From: Octopus bimaculoides
Lineage: Eukaryota
DNA: 64,000 bases
Direction: 5' to 3'
Assembly (NCBI RefSeq): GCF_001194135.2
Contig: NC_068988.1
Coordinates: forward strand, 5,011,512-5,075,511
This document shows, one piece after another, positions 1 through 13,620 of the stretch (position 1 is its first letter; the number at the start of each line of letters is the position of its first letter). The notes below the pieces were generated by a model that did no database searches, was not told the DNA's origin, and saw only the letters and a program-made list of their open reading frames with translations. The position numbers were made by a program, and so were the translations under genes.

Positions 1-535
1 TAGAAGGTATATTATATTTTGTGTGTGTTACTTGGACTTTGTCTCAGATTCCTGTACCAAGTTATCGAGTAAGAATTTGCATATGTCAGTTGTCGCTAAA
101 CTATAAATTCCTACGAAGAATATTTGAAAAATAACCGACCTACCAACAAAATACTTTTACACGAATATTGATTTCAATAATTTCCCCCTTAACAACTCTG
201 CCTAAACGATATTTCAAGTCTTGCATTCTAAATGTACAATGGTTATAAATGTAGAAACTATTCTGTGTCAATGAGAAAAAATGCCTTAGAGCATTTAGTT
301 ATGTTCTTTTTAATTTTTAGGTCAAATTTCTGTAAAGTTGTATTTACATTCCATCATGTGAAATCGGGGCAATAAATACCAATTAGACGCTATGTTTGAT
401 GTAAGTATTTCTGCCGTTCACTAAAATATGGCCTTTGAGGATAATGAGAGGTTGATTCTTTTATAGAAGCAAATATTACGTTGTCGTCACAACACTTATT
501 TCAGAGAAAAAGAGAAATGGGGAGGGAGAAGACTG

Positions 536-569
<34 letters not shown>

Positions 570-1838
570 AGTGTTTCAATGAGAAACAAAGAGGTTTCTG
601 AATATCTTTACGATTAGTTACAACACAGTTTTGGTTGTTAAATAATAATTTTTTTATGTGTTTTGAATAATGAGAAAATATTGTCAGCAGTGGTTGCATA
701 TACTTGCTTTTATTGTATTTTATTCCCATGGCCTGTTTTGTTGATATCATAATCACTCATTATTTTTAGGTGTTTAGCAACGTGCAATCAACAAAAAGAT
801 ATTAAAGTTTTACAATCAGTGATGAAAAATTCATCACGTAATGAGCAAAGTCAAATTAAGAAAGGCAAATGGGGTCAGACAGATATTTATTTATTAATAA
901 TAATTCAATATAGGATGCAGTGGAGAATGGATGAGCTTCAGTGGGACAGTGATAACCTTGGACATGTTATAGTCATATTGCAACTCATCGGAGACATGTA
1001 ATATAAATGTTATTACATTCCCGAAAAACTTTCGGTCACTTTTTTATCCTATGAAGTGGGACCGTAATTAAAGGCACTCAGTGTTACTCAGAATAAATAT
1101 ATCTAACATAAACACCAGAACTCACACACATACAGAAACACACACTTTACATACACACATACACAAATATGCACACACACTTTGGATGTGATCTTTCAGC
1201 TACATTTACATATTTTTGATCCGTTGACATATGGATTAAAATGTACGTTATGCGTAGCTGAAAAATCACATATCCCTTTCAGATCGATGAACTCCATCAC
1301 ACTGCTGAATTCCAGATCTGAAAATTTCAGTGGATGTAAACACTGCTGACGAATTGGAGAATACCACGCCTTCCCAACTGAGCAGCTGTATCGAAGGCTC
1401 TAGGCCCATATCCTTTGAGCCTTGTGACATTACAGTTAAATAGAACATAACTCCAATTCTCCTCGTTTTTCTTTTTTTTTTTTTTTTGTNNNNNNNNNNT
1501 TTTTTTTTTTTTTTTTTTTGTTGTTTTCCTTTCCTTTATTTGGTGTTTTCAACCTTCCACCATTTGCATATACCTTTTATCACTTTTTCTCGTATTTTCT
1601 CTTATTCTATCGGCCTGCGATGGCTTGTTATGCCATGTGCACATAGCCTGAGGATTGCGTGAAGGCACCAGATGTATTATTGAATACTGTCGGAAGCATT
1701 TTCTTTACATGAAATTATTCGTAGCTTTTATAAATATATATCCTGTGTTTATTAAATAATATTTATCACACGCCAGATGGAGTACTTTTTTGTTATCTTA
1801 CCATCACGGAACAGTACACTATAGCCATCTATCAATCT

Positions 1839-1857
1839 CTCTTTCTCTCTCCCTTTC

Positions 1858-1929
<72 letters not shown>

Positions 1930-2050
1930 TGTGTGTGTGTGTATGTGTGTGCATATATATATGTACATGTATATATGTGTATATCTATATACACACACAC
2001 ACACACACACATACATATTACATATGCATATATACATACATACCTACACA
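1839..2050. repeat. Compound microsatellite (CT)n-(TA)n-(TG)n-(CA)n
   Basis: Direct reading. It is the source of several spurious CV/TH/IY ORFs. Confidence 0.95.
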
Positions 2051-2230
2051 CATATAATTATCTTAAACCTTGGAGATACACCTGGTAGTATACCGATTAA
2101 AACACTTTCACTGTCTATGTCTACCTAATATCATCCACAGTATTGATATAAATACCACTCGGTCTACCTCAGGAATTCCTCGGTATGCGTCGAATATGTA
2201 ATAAATGAGAGAAAGCGGAGATGAAATGCT

Positions 2231-2543
2231 CGAAATTCTTTACTAATCACAACAATCGTTTCGACCTATCTTGGGTCGGTCCTTAGCGGGAGAGCTACTC
2301 TACAACTGGTTGTGGTGCATCCTTCGGTGCACATTTGTCTCGTGAGGTGACTTCTTAAAACGTAGCTCCCAGAGTAATATCGGTTTGGCTTGGTTTTGTT
2401 ATAATACATGTCACTATTTGCATGTATCTGGTTATCTACAGGTTCCGAGATACAACTGCACCAAATAATGCACCACAACTCACTCGCAAGGGACCGATAC
2501 AAGATGGTTCGAAAACCATCGTTGTGATTAATAAAGAATCTCG
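2231..2543. mobile_element. Foldback (MITE-like) element with ~100 bp imperfect terminal inverted arms
   Basis: The left arm 2231-2342 (cgaaattctttactaatcacaac...gttgtggtgcatccttcggtgca...tctcg) aligns with the reverse complement of 2446-2543 (cgagattctttattaatcacaac...gttgtggtgcattatttggtgca...tctcg). The left arm carries one ~14 bp insertion and the spacer is ~100 bp. Confidence 0.75.
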
Positions 2544-2578
2544 TGAACTCTGTTTTCTGTTCCTCTCATTTTTTATAT

Positions 2579-2587
2579 GTGTGTGTG

Positions 2588-2670
<83 letters not shown>

Positions 2671-2970
2671 NNNNNNNNNNNNNNNNNNNNNNNNNNNNNN
2701 NNNNNNNNNNNNNNNNNNNNNNNNNNNNNNNNNNNNNNNNNNNNNNNNNNNNNNNNNNNNNNNNNNNNNNNNNNNNNNNNNNNNNNNNNNNNNNNNNNNN
2801 NNNNNNNNNNNNNNNNNNNNNNNNNNNNNNNNNNNNNNNNNNNNNNNNNNNNNNNNNNNNNNNNNNNNNNNNNNNNNNNNNNNNNNNNNNNNNNNNNNNN
2901 NNNNNNNNNNNNNNNNNNNNNNNNNNNNNNNNNNNNNNNNNNNNNNNNNNNNNNNNNNNNNNNNNNNNNN

Positions 2971-3046
<76 letters not shown>
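2579..3046. repeat. (TG)n microsatellite spanning assembly gap 2671-2970
   Basis: Direct reading. Confidence 0.95.
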
Positions 3047-3048
<2 letters not shown>

Positions 3049-3749
3049 GCTTATGATATTCTACGTATGCTTCCAATTCCATCATAAAATTCTTAGAAAA
3101 CCATTCCACTATCGACTTCTCACCTACTCCTTTTCATATTATTCTCTAAAGAAACTGAATTTTGATCAGCATCTGCTATTATTATGCTTTGTAAGTGAGT
3201 GTAATATCACACAAAATGATAATGCATAGAAGTCTTATGTAAAACATGCATTACAGTTTGACAAAAATTTGTAGAAAATAAAAAATCAAACACCCATTTC
3301 ATTAGAAGTAATATATTGTGAGAATTTTTTACAGTCGAGTGAATCCATGATGTGATAACATTGAAGAAAGAATACTTTATTATCTTTATTGTGATTATAT
3401 AATATCTCAAAATGTAAGTTGTTTCTTATAATTGCTTTCACGAAAGTGAATGTAATCGAAAGTAGAAAATTGAAAAGAAATTCTCCATCTGAAATGATGT
3501 CAGCTGAGTTAGTGACGCTAAACAGTGTATTACACAATAAAGGAATCAATTTATTCGTCTTGATTTAGATCTTTTCTAGAGTTGATGTGTTTAGGAACGG
3601 TGTAGGGTTCCTGAAAAGTAAACGAATAGCCAGGTCTTCAGGCGCACATAAACACACACACATTTATATTATATATACATATATATATACACACGCACAA
3701 AGGAATTCTAATACAAACATAGAGAAATGAAATTCTGTTTTTTCTGACT

Positions 3750-5665
3750 ACTGGCTGGCAAAGTAGGGCAAAGTAGGGCAAAGTAGGGGAAAACCGATTG
3801 GTGGTGTCAGAAGATCCATTAGTATCCGTGAAAGAACTGACGACAACTCAGAAAGAAGGCGCACAAGAGTGTTAAGGCTAGAAGCCCAAAGCTCTGCGTT
3901 AGCAAGCCAAAAGGATCCGGAAGACCAAGGAGGGGGAAGGGAGGTTAATCTGCCAAACAACACGAAAGAGATGGACAACGAGTTGAACAGGAATTTTCGA
4001 AATATGGGACTGAACAGAACAAGGCCGATGGAGGAAACGAAAAGGAGATGAAACGGCTGTGGTAGAGTATTTAAGAACGAATGTGACGAAGATTCGTCAA
4101 AGTAAATCGAAATACAAAGAGCTACTAGAGCAACACAACTCATCTGAGCAATAACCAGAGCTCTAGTTTTGGGAATATCACAACTGCTTCTTAGTCAGGG
4201 AGGGACGAGAGCCAGGAGGCAAAAACACGGTGCCCAGAGCTTCTCTGCACAACTTTCTCAATCAACAAGGAGAGTGAATGAGTTCGAAAGTCAGGAACAA
4301 GCCATTGCAAAATTTGCCACCAGCGACAGATCTGAGACGGCTCTGGTTGCACGAGGACTTGAACATCCTCCTTGGCGACATTCTGAAGGGAGACGCTACC
4401 AGGAAGACAAGAGCCATGGTTCAAGTGATATAACAGACATGCCAAGATACCTTTAGCGTGAAGGAAAGCAAAAGTAACGAGCAAAACGATGCCAGTCGAA
4501 GACAGCATCAGCTGGCATGATTGAGAAAAGAGCTAAAGCATCTGTAGGAAAGGTGGGGGAATGCAGACTGTGAAAGAAAAGTGGCTTTAAACCAATTTTG
4601 CATGGAATTACGAAAACATCTGCTCCGGCTTTCAAGGGCAGAGTCACTTCGGAAAAAGTAGAGACGCATGGACAACGAAGGGCCAGTTTTAAGAGGACTT
4701 TCCAGTCACAGCTGAGCATTTCGGAAAACCAAGATGCGGGAGGTTAATATACTCTAAGAGGTAGAGACCAGTAGTGCTTGGCGATCTTACAAGAGATATT
4801 CCGTTAAAAGATTGTCCTCTTCACGGCCAACGCTCAAACTTCACACTCCTTTCAACATGGCCGACTTCACGAAAGGTTCGACGAAAGGTTCTACTTGTAT
4901 GCATTCTACTCCAGAGCCATCTGGCACCACTTATAGAATTTTAAAAACTGCCCACTACCGTTGAGGTAGTTAGATGTGGAAGAAGCAACAAGAACTCTGG
5001 TTCTGGACACTTCTGAAAGACTTTTTTGTCTCAAAAGAAGAAAATTCAGAACTTCAGACTTGACAGCTCTCGCTTTTGAATGTTGCGGGAAAGATCTTTT
5101 CGACCATCCTTTCCAAAAGTTTAACATCATATCTCCTGGTCAACATGATCATCGACATGAGTGTCCAGAATGAGGGTTCCCTGGCTAATCTGGGTGTCTC
5201 GAACACATATCAGTGATCAGCCATGTCATTAAGGAAGCAAGGAGAAACGACAATTCACTCTTCTTTGTATGGTTGGATCTTAACAAAACGTATTCAAGCT
5301 TAGCTCACCAGCTACTTCGAAGTGCATTAGAGTACAACCAAGTACGAACAAAAGTAATGGGACTCATGTCACGCATACATCTGTTGAGGATGACATTAAT
5401 TGGGGGAAATTTCACCACTAAATTGCAAGGGTTACAAAAAGGCAGTATTGCAGGATTCCCAATCTTCGTAGAGCTATTTGTGGCAGCCATGAACCTACAA
5501 CTAGAAGAGGAAGGGAAGCAGTCGAGAGGTCCCAATATTGGCGTAGACACAGGAAATCTAGTTTGCAGTACGTTCATTGACGACATAAAATTATGATGCC
5601 ATCAATCGAAGGGTCATGGCGGATATTGTGCTCGTTGGAAAAGATGGCTACATTGTCATAATGAA
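3750..5665 (+). mobile_element. Degenerate R2-superfamily (HERO-like) non-LTR retrotransposon: 5' region through RT domain 5, 3'-truncated
   Basis: Manual translation across frameshifts gives an N-terminal zinc-finger remnant (GCGRVFKN..TKIRQSKSK, ~4055-4110), LPPA..EDLNILLGDILKGD (~4310-4400) and SGTTYRIFKNCP (~4920-4950). RT motifs follow: SLLNVAGKIFSTILSKSLTSYLL..IDMSVQ, GCLEHISVISHVIKEAR, VWLDL, LQKG, AMN, SRGP and FIDD (5069-5600). The motif order matches HERO-clade ORFs as I recall them. The 5' boundary is approximate. Confidence 0.85.
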
Positions 5666-6010
5666 TGAATTAAGTTACTTACCCCAAAAACTGTGCAGGC
5701 TCTGCGCTGATCATTTTATTTTGTATATTCTGTGTATATAGAGTTGCTGCTGTTTTATTACAGTTAAAGTTTTACTCCAGCTTGCCAAGCTAAAATTACT
5801 CCTTCCAACATTACCGCTTTATCAATGCAGCTATAAATATGGGAGCATATTAATGTTTTAATAACTCTTCCTTGCAACTTCACTCTATAAATTCCATCAT
5901 TGTAGAGAATTGATTTCTAAATCTATTATGGATGAGGATATGATTTACAGCAGTTTGACTTTATTTGCAAGTAACTAAAATATTCAGTGATATTGATTTT
6001 TTTTTTTCAG

Positions 6011-6019
6011 AGCCCGAAA
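6011..6019 (+). other. Candidate 9-nt microexon (AGCCCGAAA)
   Basis: Reads ttttttttttcag|AGCCCGAAA|gtaagt, with an upstream TGC and a ctaa branch-like motif. No flanking exons identified. Confidence 0.3.
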
Positions 6020-6430
6020 GTAAGTTTCATATTTCTTCCACTAAGTATATTTAAATCTAGGCGAAAATAAAAATTCTCCTCATACTAAAGATTTCTCAAC
6101 ACTTATTTATGATATTATATATTAAAATAGATATTTGCTGTCACAGGTCTGGTTGAATATGGCATTTCCTTCGGGGTACTGGGATGATAATATACTATCT
6201 GTGATTGCCCTTCTATCTTAAGAAATCTTCCGTATTGAAAGTTATATGTTCGTGTTATCTTTACAAATATAAGGAATTTTCATACCCTTTTATAAATGCT
6301 GAAGATCTAACCTGTACGTTTTGATAAATGCTCTCCTGATTAAATTCGCTTTCACTATCGGGAAAAATTATCGCAGCCTTTACAGAAATAGTGTTAATAC
6401 AGTGAGTTGACAATATTATACTGCTTATGA

Positions 6431-6650
6431 AGGCGACGAGCTGGCAGACACGTTAGCACGCCGGCCGAATTGCTTAGCGGTATTTCGTCTGTCTTTACGT
6501 TCTAAGTTCAAATTCCGCCGAAGTCGACTTTGCTTTTCATCTTTTCGGGATCGATAAATTAAGTATCAGTTTCGTACTGGGGTCAATGTAATCGACTGCC
6601 CTCTCCTCAAAAATGTCGGCCCTTGTTCCTAGTGGTGGAAAAGAATATTA
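6431..6650 (+). mobile_element. tRNA-derived SINE, family A (Octopus OK/OR1-like; name unverified)
   Basis: Head ggcgacgagctggcag..gttagcacg, B-box-like aagttcaaatt, body gtcgactttgcttttcatc..tcgataaattaagt..ctggggtc, tail ggcccttgttccta. Homologous copies recur in the window. Confidence 0.85.
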
Positions 6651-8060
6651 TAATGTTTATAATTTTATTAATTTTGACCTGACAGCAACAAAACAGAAGC
6701 AGCTGCCGATACCTAAGCAAAAGTTTGTTTGAAACGAATACCCAGAAGTTTTTAATATTCATAGATTTCGATACGAAGAAACATTCTAAGATTTGATTAA
6801 TGTAAATAGAAATTGAATTCACACAAAATTCCAAATTTGATTAGTTTAAACTATTTAGAAATTCATAATTAATCATTTTAGTAATGATTCTTCTCAATAC
6901 CGTGTCGCTTTAATTGATTAGATTGATTGGCATCATCAATTCCGCTAGTGCCCACTTTACTATTAACTTTTAATGCATCAGGCGACCCTGGATATTTTCC
7001 CGATCATCATATTATCGGTATTTAACGAGTCAACGAATTACAGAAGGATTATTGAACAGAGAATCAATATTTAAATATATTTTATTAAAAATAAAAGCAT
7101 TAAAATATATCACTATGTTGTAAACATAAACAAGGAAATCAGTGAGAGACGGTTTTTGAAAATTGTGTAAATGAGAATAAAAACTGGATAACTGGAGGAT
7201 ATTTAGTACAGAAACGAATTTCGAATTTAGTTTCAAAAGTACACAGAGAAACCATTGTAGCAGTCACTGTCTAGTGAACTGGAGAGGATTCGTGCCATCT
7301 GTTGAGTACGGAAAATCTGATTAGTTGCCAGTTAATGATGTAGTATCGAGTAACATATGAAGTGAAAGTAGCAACATCAATAGATGAATATATTGAGAAC
7401 TTATTTTCTAAAACAAAACAAGACAGGAAGTAAACACGTGATCAGTGTATTTGGTAGGACAGTGACATTTTACGAAACGAAATATTACCGGAAACAAAGA
7501 AAAATACAATGTATTTATGAGAATAAAAGAAAGCGTAAAGCAGCTTTCCTTTCAGAGAGTTTATTAAAAACGTGACATTTTTATTTTTCTGTAGTTCAAC
7601 ATTTATTTATTTATTTATTTATTTATTTATTTTACTTTTTATTCAAATTTATATTGTCATTTGTGCTGCCCTGCAATACTTGGCAAACAATTTCAGCTAA
7701 GTTTCAAGTGATTGGATTCTAACACCTCTGAAGACTTCCCAACGGAACGGGCATGGTTTCTCCCTAATGCTATAGTTACCACCGACTTTCCTATTCCTGA
7801 ACACCTCGACTGTTTGCTTTCCTGCATTTTGTTCTACATAATGATATAAGGACAACTACTCTATGGATTTTTAATTTTGATTCTCAGTTGGATGTCAGAG
7901 ATATTTCACTGTTTCTCTAAGGAAACAAATTCTTTACATAAACGATAACAGCGAAATGCAATAATAATCCACACAGATGAACAACTCGAACCAACCATAC
8001 AAAAATAATTTAGGATTTTAAAACTTTGTCGTGTTATTTCCATAAGATTTTATCTTGGGC

Positions 8061-8382
8061 CTGGCTAATCGTCGGTTACGACGAGGAGTGTTCCAGTTCA
8101 TTCGACAAACGGAACAGCTTGCTCGCGAAATTAACGTGAAAGTGGCTGAGCACTCCAGGACACGCGTACCCCTAACGTTCTTCTCAGGAAGATTCGGTGT
8201 GATACAGAGTGTGACAAGGTTGGCTCTTTGAATTACTGGTACAACTCAATTTTTCCAGCTGAGTGGACTGGAGAAACGAGAAATAAAGTATCCTGCTCAA
8301 GAACACAACGCACCGCCGAGATAAGAACTCACGACCTTACGATCATGAGCTAAATACCCCTAGCCATTAAACCACGCGCCTT
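8061..8382 (-). mobile_element. Full-length tRNA-derived SINE, family B (CORE-like domain, OR2-like)
   Basis: The reverse complement has a tRNA-like head (ggcgcgtggtttaatggctagg..gtcgtgagttc), a CORE-like segment (gttgtgttcttgagcaggatactttatt..ccactcagctgg) and the shared 3' module (gagtgctcagccact..cgtaaccgacg). Colinear with the copy at 52028-52335. Confidence 0.9.
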
Positions 8383-9663
8383 CTCCATAAGGTTTGTACA
8401 ATTGCAGCCAGCAGAAGGAACTTGTCAATATAGAGAGTTATTTGATTGGAACTTGAAAATTAAAGTCGGCATTTTGAACTTCATTAATGGCATCAGACTT
8501 AACTATTCTTTAGCATAAATAATAAATGAGTGACTTGATAAATAACGGTCAAAAAACTATCTGTCTGTCCACAGTCACAGAAAATAGTTAATGTATGTCT
8601 GAATATATCAATGTAGTAGCCATCGAAATATCTATGAAGAAATAATTATACTGTGAGAAACAATGATAATATTAGTTCAATGACTGATATTATTTCCTGT
8701 ACATTGGCATTTACAGAAGACAATTGCATACAAGCTTTGCCATTATTAGAGTTCCTCAGTACAACATAAACTTGATAGTTCTTGTCGAATTACAGATAAG
8801 AAAATCACAAAGTCTGAACTATTGTACACAAGGTGAAAAATTGTTTTAATTAGACAAAATATTCTCAGAATTCAAGAGAAACAGACAGAGACAGAGAAAG
8901 AGAGAGAAACCAGTGATTCTTCTTGCCAGAATACAGTAGAAGAGTATACTTCGGAAGTATTATTCATCCTTAATGTAACCGATGCACAACTGTACAAAGA
9001 TTTATATCTACCAATACCACCCAGTTTCTGAGAATTTACTAGTTTTACAATATCGGTGAAATATTCGAGGATTCACTTTAATTTTTAACCATTGCAGTAT
9101 GTGCGATCATGAACTGTAATATTTCATTGTTGTAAAAATGTCTTTTAAACGGAGTGACGAGAGTAAACAAACCGTCATTAGCCAACAATTTATAAAAAAT
9201 AGAAACAATATTAAAGTAGAATGATGGACTTCTATGAATGTCTGGTTTATTCAATACACGATATTGAATAAAAGTGTTTTCTCTCTTTCTCTTCAAATAA
9301 CCTCATGCAAATTACGCGGCACTAAACTGTAGGTTGATATTTGAGCGAATGGATTTCCCGCTTTTGTTTATGGTAACTACAATAATTGTTAATGAAAATA
9401 TCAAGGGAGAAATATAGAATTAATATTACATTTATCAAAGTGTAATTATGCATTAGTAATCTAACTGGCACAAAACTATAGAAACGAGGTTGGTTGATTC
9501 AAACAATATATTTTCTATAATCTATTGGATTCTAAAATTAAGAATCTCGCATTTAACGTATATTTTTCAAATAAAACAAATTATTAACGTCATCATAATC
9601 TATAATTCCATTGAAGATCAAAGTGATGGATGAAACTTTCTCATCACTTTAATATATATACGT

Positions 9664-9665
<2 letters not shown>

Positions 9666-9750
<85 letters not shown>
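9666..9750. repeat. (TG)n microsatellite
   Basis: Direct reading. Confidence 0.95.
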
Positions 9751-9753
<3 letters not shown>

Positions 9754-11929
9754 GGTTGAAAGTTTATCGCTTGATGTTTATCTGGAAGGTAAATTCCATC
9801 AGTGTTTACGTCCAGAATTTTCAGTAAAAGAGAATTAAATTAAAGACAAAGAGATATGAAAATAATTTCGATATTATTCACATCAAATTTAAATAACAGT
9901 TTTGAATTAAAAGATCAGATGTTGTAAACGGTTGAAACAGATATTAATTATGATGTTGCGATTAATAACAGTAAATAAATTAGTGCACTGCGTGCTCTGT
10001 ATATCCAGTTTGCACAGTGTTTAGTATAGTCAATGAACCACTCGTTTGTTACAATTAAATAAAGAGGCAGACAGAAAGAATGAGATGTGTAGTGACAATG
10101 AAAAGCCATTACGTACTAGCCACTGATCATAAAGTGTAATAGTAGTAATTTAATAGTAATTACTCAAGAAAGATAACTAAAGCTATTATATTTCAACTTT
10201 GCTGAAGGAAGTGATATAGCAATAAGAACAATAAAAGCAGAGAGAAGTCAAGAGAACGCGAGAGACCTTATGAGCAAACCTTGTTAGTGAGTACTTTATC
10301 ATTGCGCTAAATTTTGATTTCTTGAAGTTGATAAAATCTGTGTCTGCTTCATATAGAAGTAGAGAGTCAGCTGTTGATTGAGTTGGTTACAAGTGAACAG
10401 TTTCATTTTATTGTTCCTGACAACTAGAGGGAAACATTAAGTACATGTAAATGATATTTCATGACTAAGGTGAACTTGACTTTGAAAAGAACGGACCAAT
10501 CAACAATGAACATTTATGGGCAGTTACATAAATAGACCTACTACAACTCTTTTTGTTTTGTTTTTTTTCTTGTGGCAGTGTTCTTTGTTTTATTCTTTTC
10601 ATCGACTATCATGACTCATTAGCACACAATAGAATTAACGGAGTAAATATTATAATGTCGAATACAAAATAAAGTTTTATCAATGATAAATTATCGACAA
10701 ATATAACAGTTCTGTACATTGGTTAAATATACAAGTACCTATCATAGGAAAGACAGCTAATAACTTTTATTATGAAATGTCAGCAACTGGAAACTAAAAT
10801 CAAACTATTTTTTTTTTAACACATTTTATTTAAAATATATTTTAGATTCATAATCCGTGTGTCTAATATGAATCAGCATTTCGCTAATTGCCCACTTCCT
10901 ACTTAAATAAACAAATATTTTTCTTTGCCTGATATGTTAGCAGCAGAAGAAATATAAAAAATAATAATCATAAATGTAAACTTTAGACATTACAAAGTGA
11001 ATATTGTTTGTTTGTTGAAAAATATATTTCTTTTTATATCAGAATAATAATAAACCATTTGTTTTAAATTGGTTTATTATATTCAACAAAGAAGCTGATG
11101 TGAATATATTATGATTGTAAACGTTAAAAGATTCTATGAATGAAATATTTTATGCCATATTAGAAATTAGACTTGAAGAGCCCACAAAATTGGCACTGGA
11201 TAGAAAGTATATATATATATCACGGATTCGATTCAGGCCGGATTAAATTTAAGTTTATTTTCTGAGACGTAACGATAGTGAATAAGAATATAAATCGTGA
11301 GTTTGAAAATAATGGACGATAGACGAGTCGAGCTAAATCAAACATAAATCCACAAGAAAACTATTACAGAAAATTACAAATGAAGAGAATATCAAATTAC
11401 CCGACATTATACATAATGTCTTAGAATTACCAAAAATTATCAATCGAAAATAAGTACTACGAAATAGGTCTCCAAAAATTTAAGTATATGTTAAAATGAG
11501 TGCACAATTTTTAAGCATTACAAGCATTCAATTTCGCGAATTTACTCTCAGGCAACTGCAAATGTAAGTAGGTATGAACTGTAAAGTAAAGCTGGACTGA
11601 GGGGAGCTGCTTTGTCCTGTATGCAAATGTTTTGCAGAGGGTGCGTGTACTGTCAGAGATTATACAGTCTTTTGTCGCACATAATTTCTCGATACATTCA
11701 GAGATCAATAAAGATAATGAATCAACCGATATCATATTTGCCCTGGAATAAGTCAATTCGTCTCTTAGTGGTCACAGAAGGGCACAGAGCAGTATGACGT
11801 TATGTCTTTTATGTAGCATGGCACTGAATAATCTTCGATGACAGAGTGGTGGATTTTTTTGGTTGCAAATCAATGTTCCTAATTGTGTCTGTCTAGTGGG
11901 ACTTGCTACCTCATCGACAGAACAAATAA

Positions 11930-12113
11930 TTTCGGGTAAGGGGTAAGTCGATTACATGGACCCCAGTGTTCAACTAGTTCTCATTTTATGGACCCAAAAA
12001 GGATGGAATGCAAAGTCGACCTCGGCGTAATTTGAACCTAGAACGTGAAGACTGGCGAAGCGGCATTATGCAATTTTGCCTGGTGTGCTAACGATTTTGC
12101 CAGTTCACCGCCT
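11930..12113 (-). mobile_element. SINE family A
   Basis: Reverse-complement match to 6431-6650 (aaagtcgacctcggcgtaatttgaacc; tgctaacgattttgccagttcaccgcc). Confidence 0.85.
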
Positions 12114-13379
12114 TAAGAATTCTAAATATTAAATGTTATCTAATAATTATATATTTTTCATCTACTCGCTATTGAATATAGTCGCGTTTGCAATCCTTTG
12201 TTTTTTTAACTGACTTTATTTTAAAATTTAATGCGACACTTAGGTGAGAAGGCACGTTGGATTGTCTCACATGTTGAAACGAATCGTCGCCTGTTTCCTG
12301 AAATGTTTGGAAAGATGCTTTCTATTACTGAAGCAAAGTGATAATGGAAGCAAAGAGGCAAAATTATAACAAGAAATGTCTTTCAGAAGGTTTGAGAGGC
12401 GATAATTGATAGTAGATTCATCTATAGAAGAAAGCTTTAAATTAATTTAATGTAAGCGGATTAGCGAGAGACACAGTAGGCGGGGGTCATCAAAATTATT
12501 ATATGCAGCAAGACTTTCCGTGTGCAGAGGGTGGCTATTATTTTTCTGGCGAATATCTAAAAGGATTAGAAACTGACCAATACAATGTTTTCTGCCCACA
12601 GAAAGATAAGCACTGACATGCAAATAACTTTTCTTTGTGAAGTCAAAATTATCTTTATTAACAAGGTTTATCTTGCATTTTGAATAAAAGATATTTTCAT
12701 CTAGCTTCAATATGGCGATAATAAAAGCTGTGTTCACCTCCAGATGTTCATTCGTAGAATGTGGTTTATGAATATGGAGGATATAACTTTTGTGTCATCG
12801 AGAATAAAATTTGGCGAAGGGATTGGTTGTTGGAATAAATGGGAAATCAAAAACAAAACTTCATTTAAAAAAACCTGTGATTTCTTGACTATCCAATTTA
12901 ATATTGAAGGATAGACCGTAAACTTGTCCCCTTTGTTCTAATCCAGTCAACGAGTGCACTTAGTGTATTTTAATTGTTAAATCATTGTGGCATGAACGTA
13001 ATTATTATTGTTGATGTTTTTGTTGTTGTGTGATTTTGTTTCTGAAGAGAGTGATATGGCTCATAACTGATAACAATCGGTTGTGTATAAATACAAAAGG
13101 TCCACATCCAAACAATGGCTATAGAGTGAGTAATTCTACTTGGAGCAATGGCTAATGTAATGTGTACTGTGAAGTAAGGGACCCTGTCGGGAGAAACAAA
13201 CAGAAAACAATGAATATTTCATTTAAACTTTTGTTCTCTGTCCCCACCCATACGTAAAGAAATATTGTCGTTTGATTTTTTTTTTCTATTTTTAAGCAAA
13301 TGTAAAAGGGACAGGACTTGGGCTGTGATGTAATAATTGGACACCCAGCTGCTTAAACTGTGACTCATTAGTGGGAATG

Positions 13380-13380
13380 G

Positions 13381-13431
<51 letters not shown>

Positions 13432-13620
13432 CGAAAGAGAAGGAAAATAGGGAACAGAGGACAGAATGAGAAAGGAAGGCGGGAAAAGAGCGAAATCGAA
13501 AGAGAACGTGAAAAAGGAGAGAAAGAAAGAGAAAAAGAAAGATAAGGGAGGCATAATATGAGAGAGAAAATAGTAGAGACAATGAGGATGTGATTAGAAA
13601 TATGAGTAATATATTTGACA
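13380..13620. repeat. (GA)n microsatellite and purine-rich low-complexity tract
   Basis: Direct reading. Confidence 0.9.

Noticed and set aside
321-406. Exon-like segment tttttag|...atgtttgat|gtaagt
   Set aside because: All three frames contain stops. It could only be a UTR/start exon, and I found no compatible next exon.
1305-1443. Open frame IPDLKISVDVNTADELENTTPSQLSSCIEGSRPISFEPCDITVK*
   Set aside because: Protein-like but short, with weak acceptors and no recognised homology.
8041-8395. cataagattt / cataaggttt as a TSD of the family B SINE
   Set aside because: The left copy is ~10 bp away from the SINE end and the match is imperfect.
11552-11563. 12-nt microexon-like ctctcag|GCAACTGCAAAT|gtaagt
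   Set aside because: The polypyrimidine tract is short, and matches like this are expected by chance in 64 kb.
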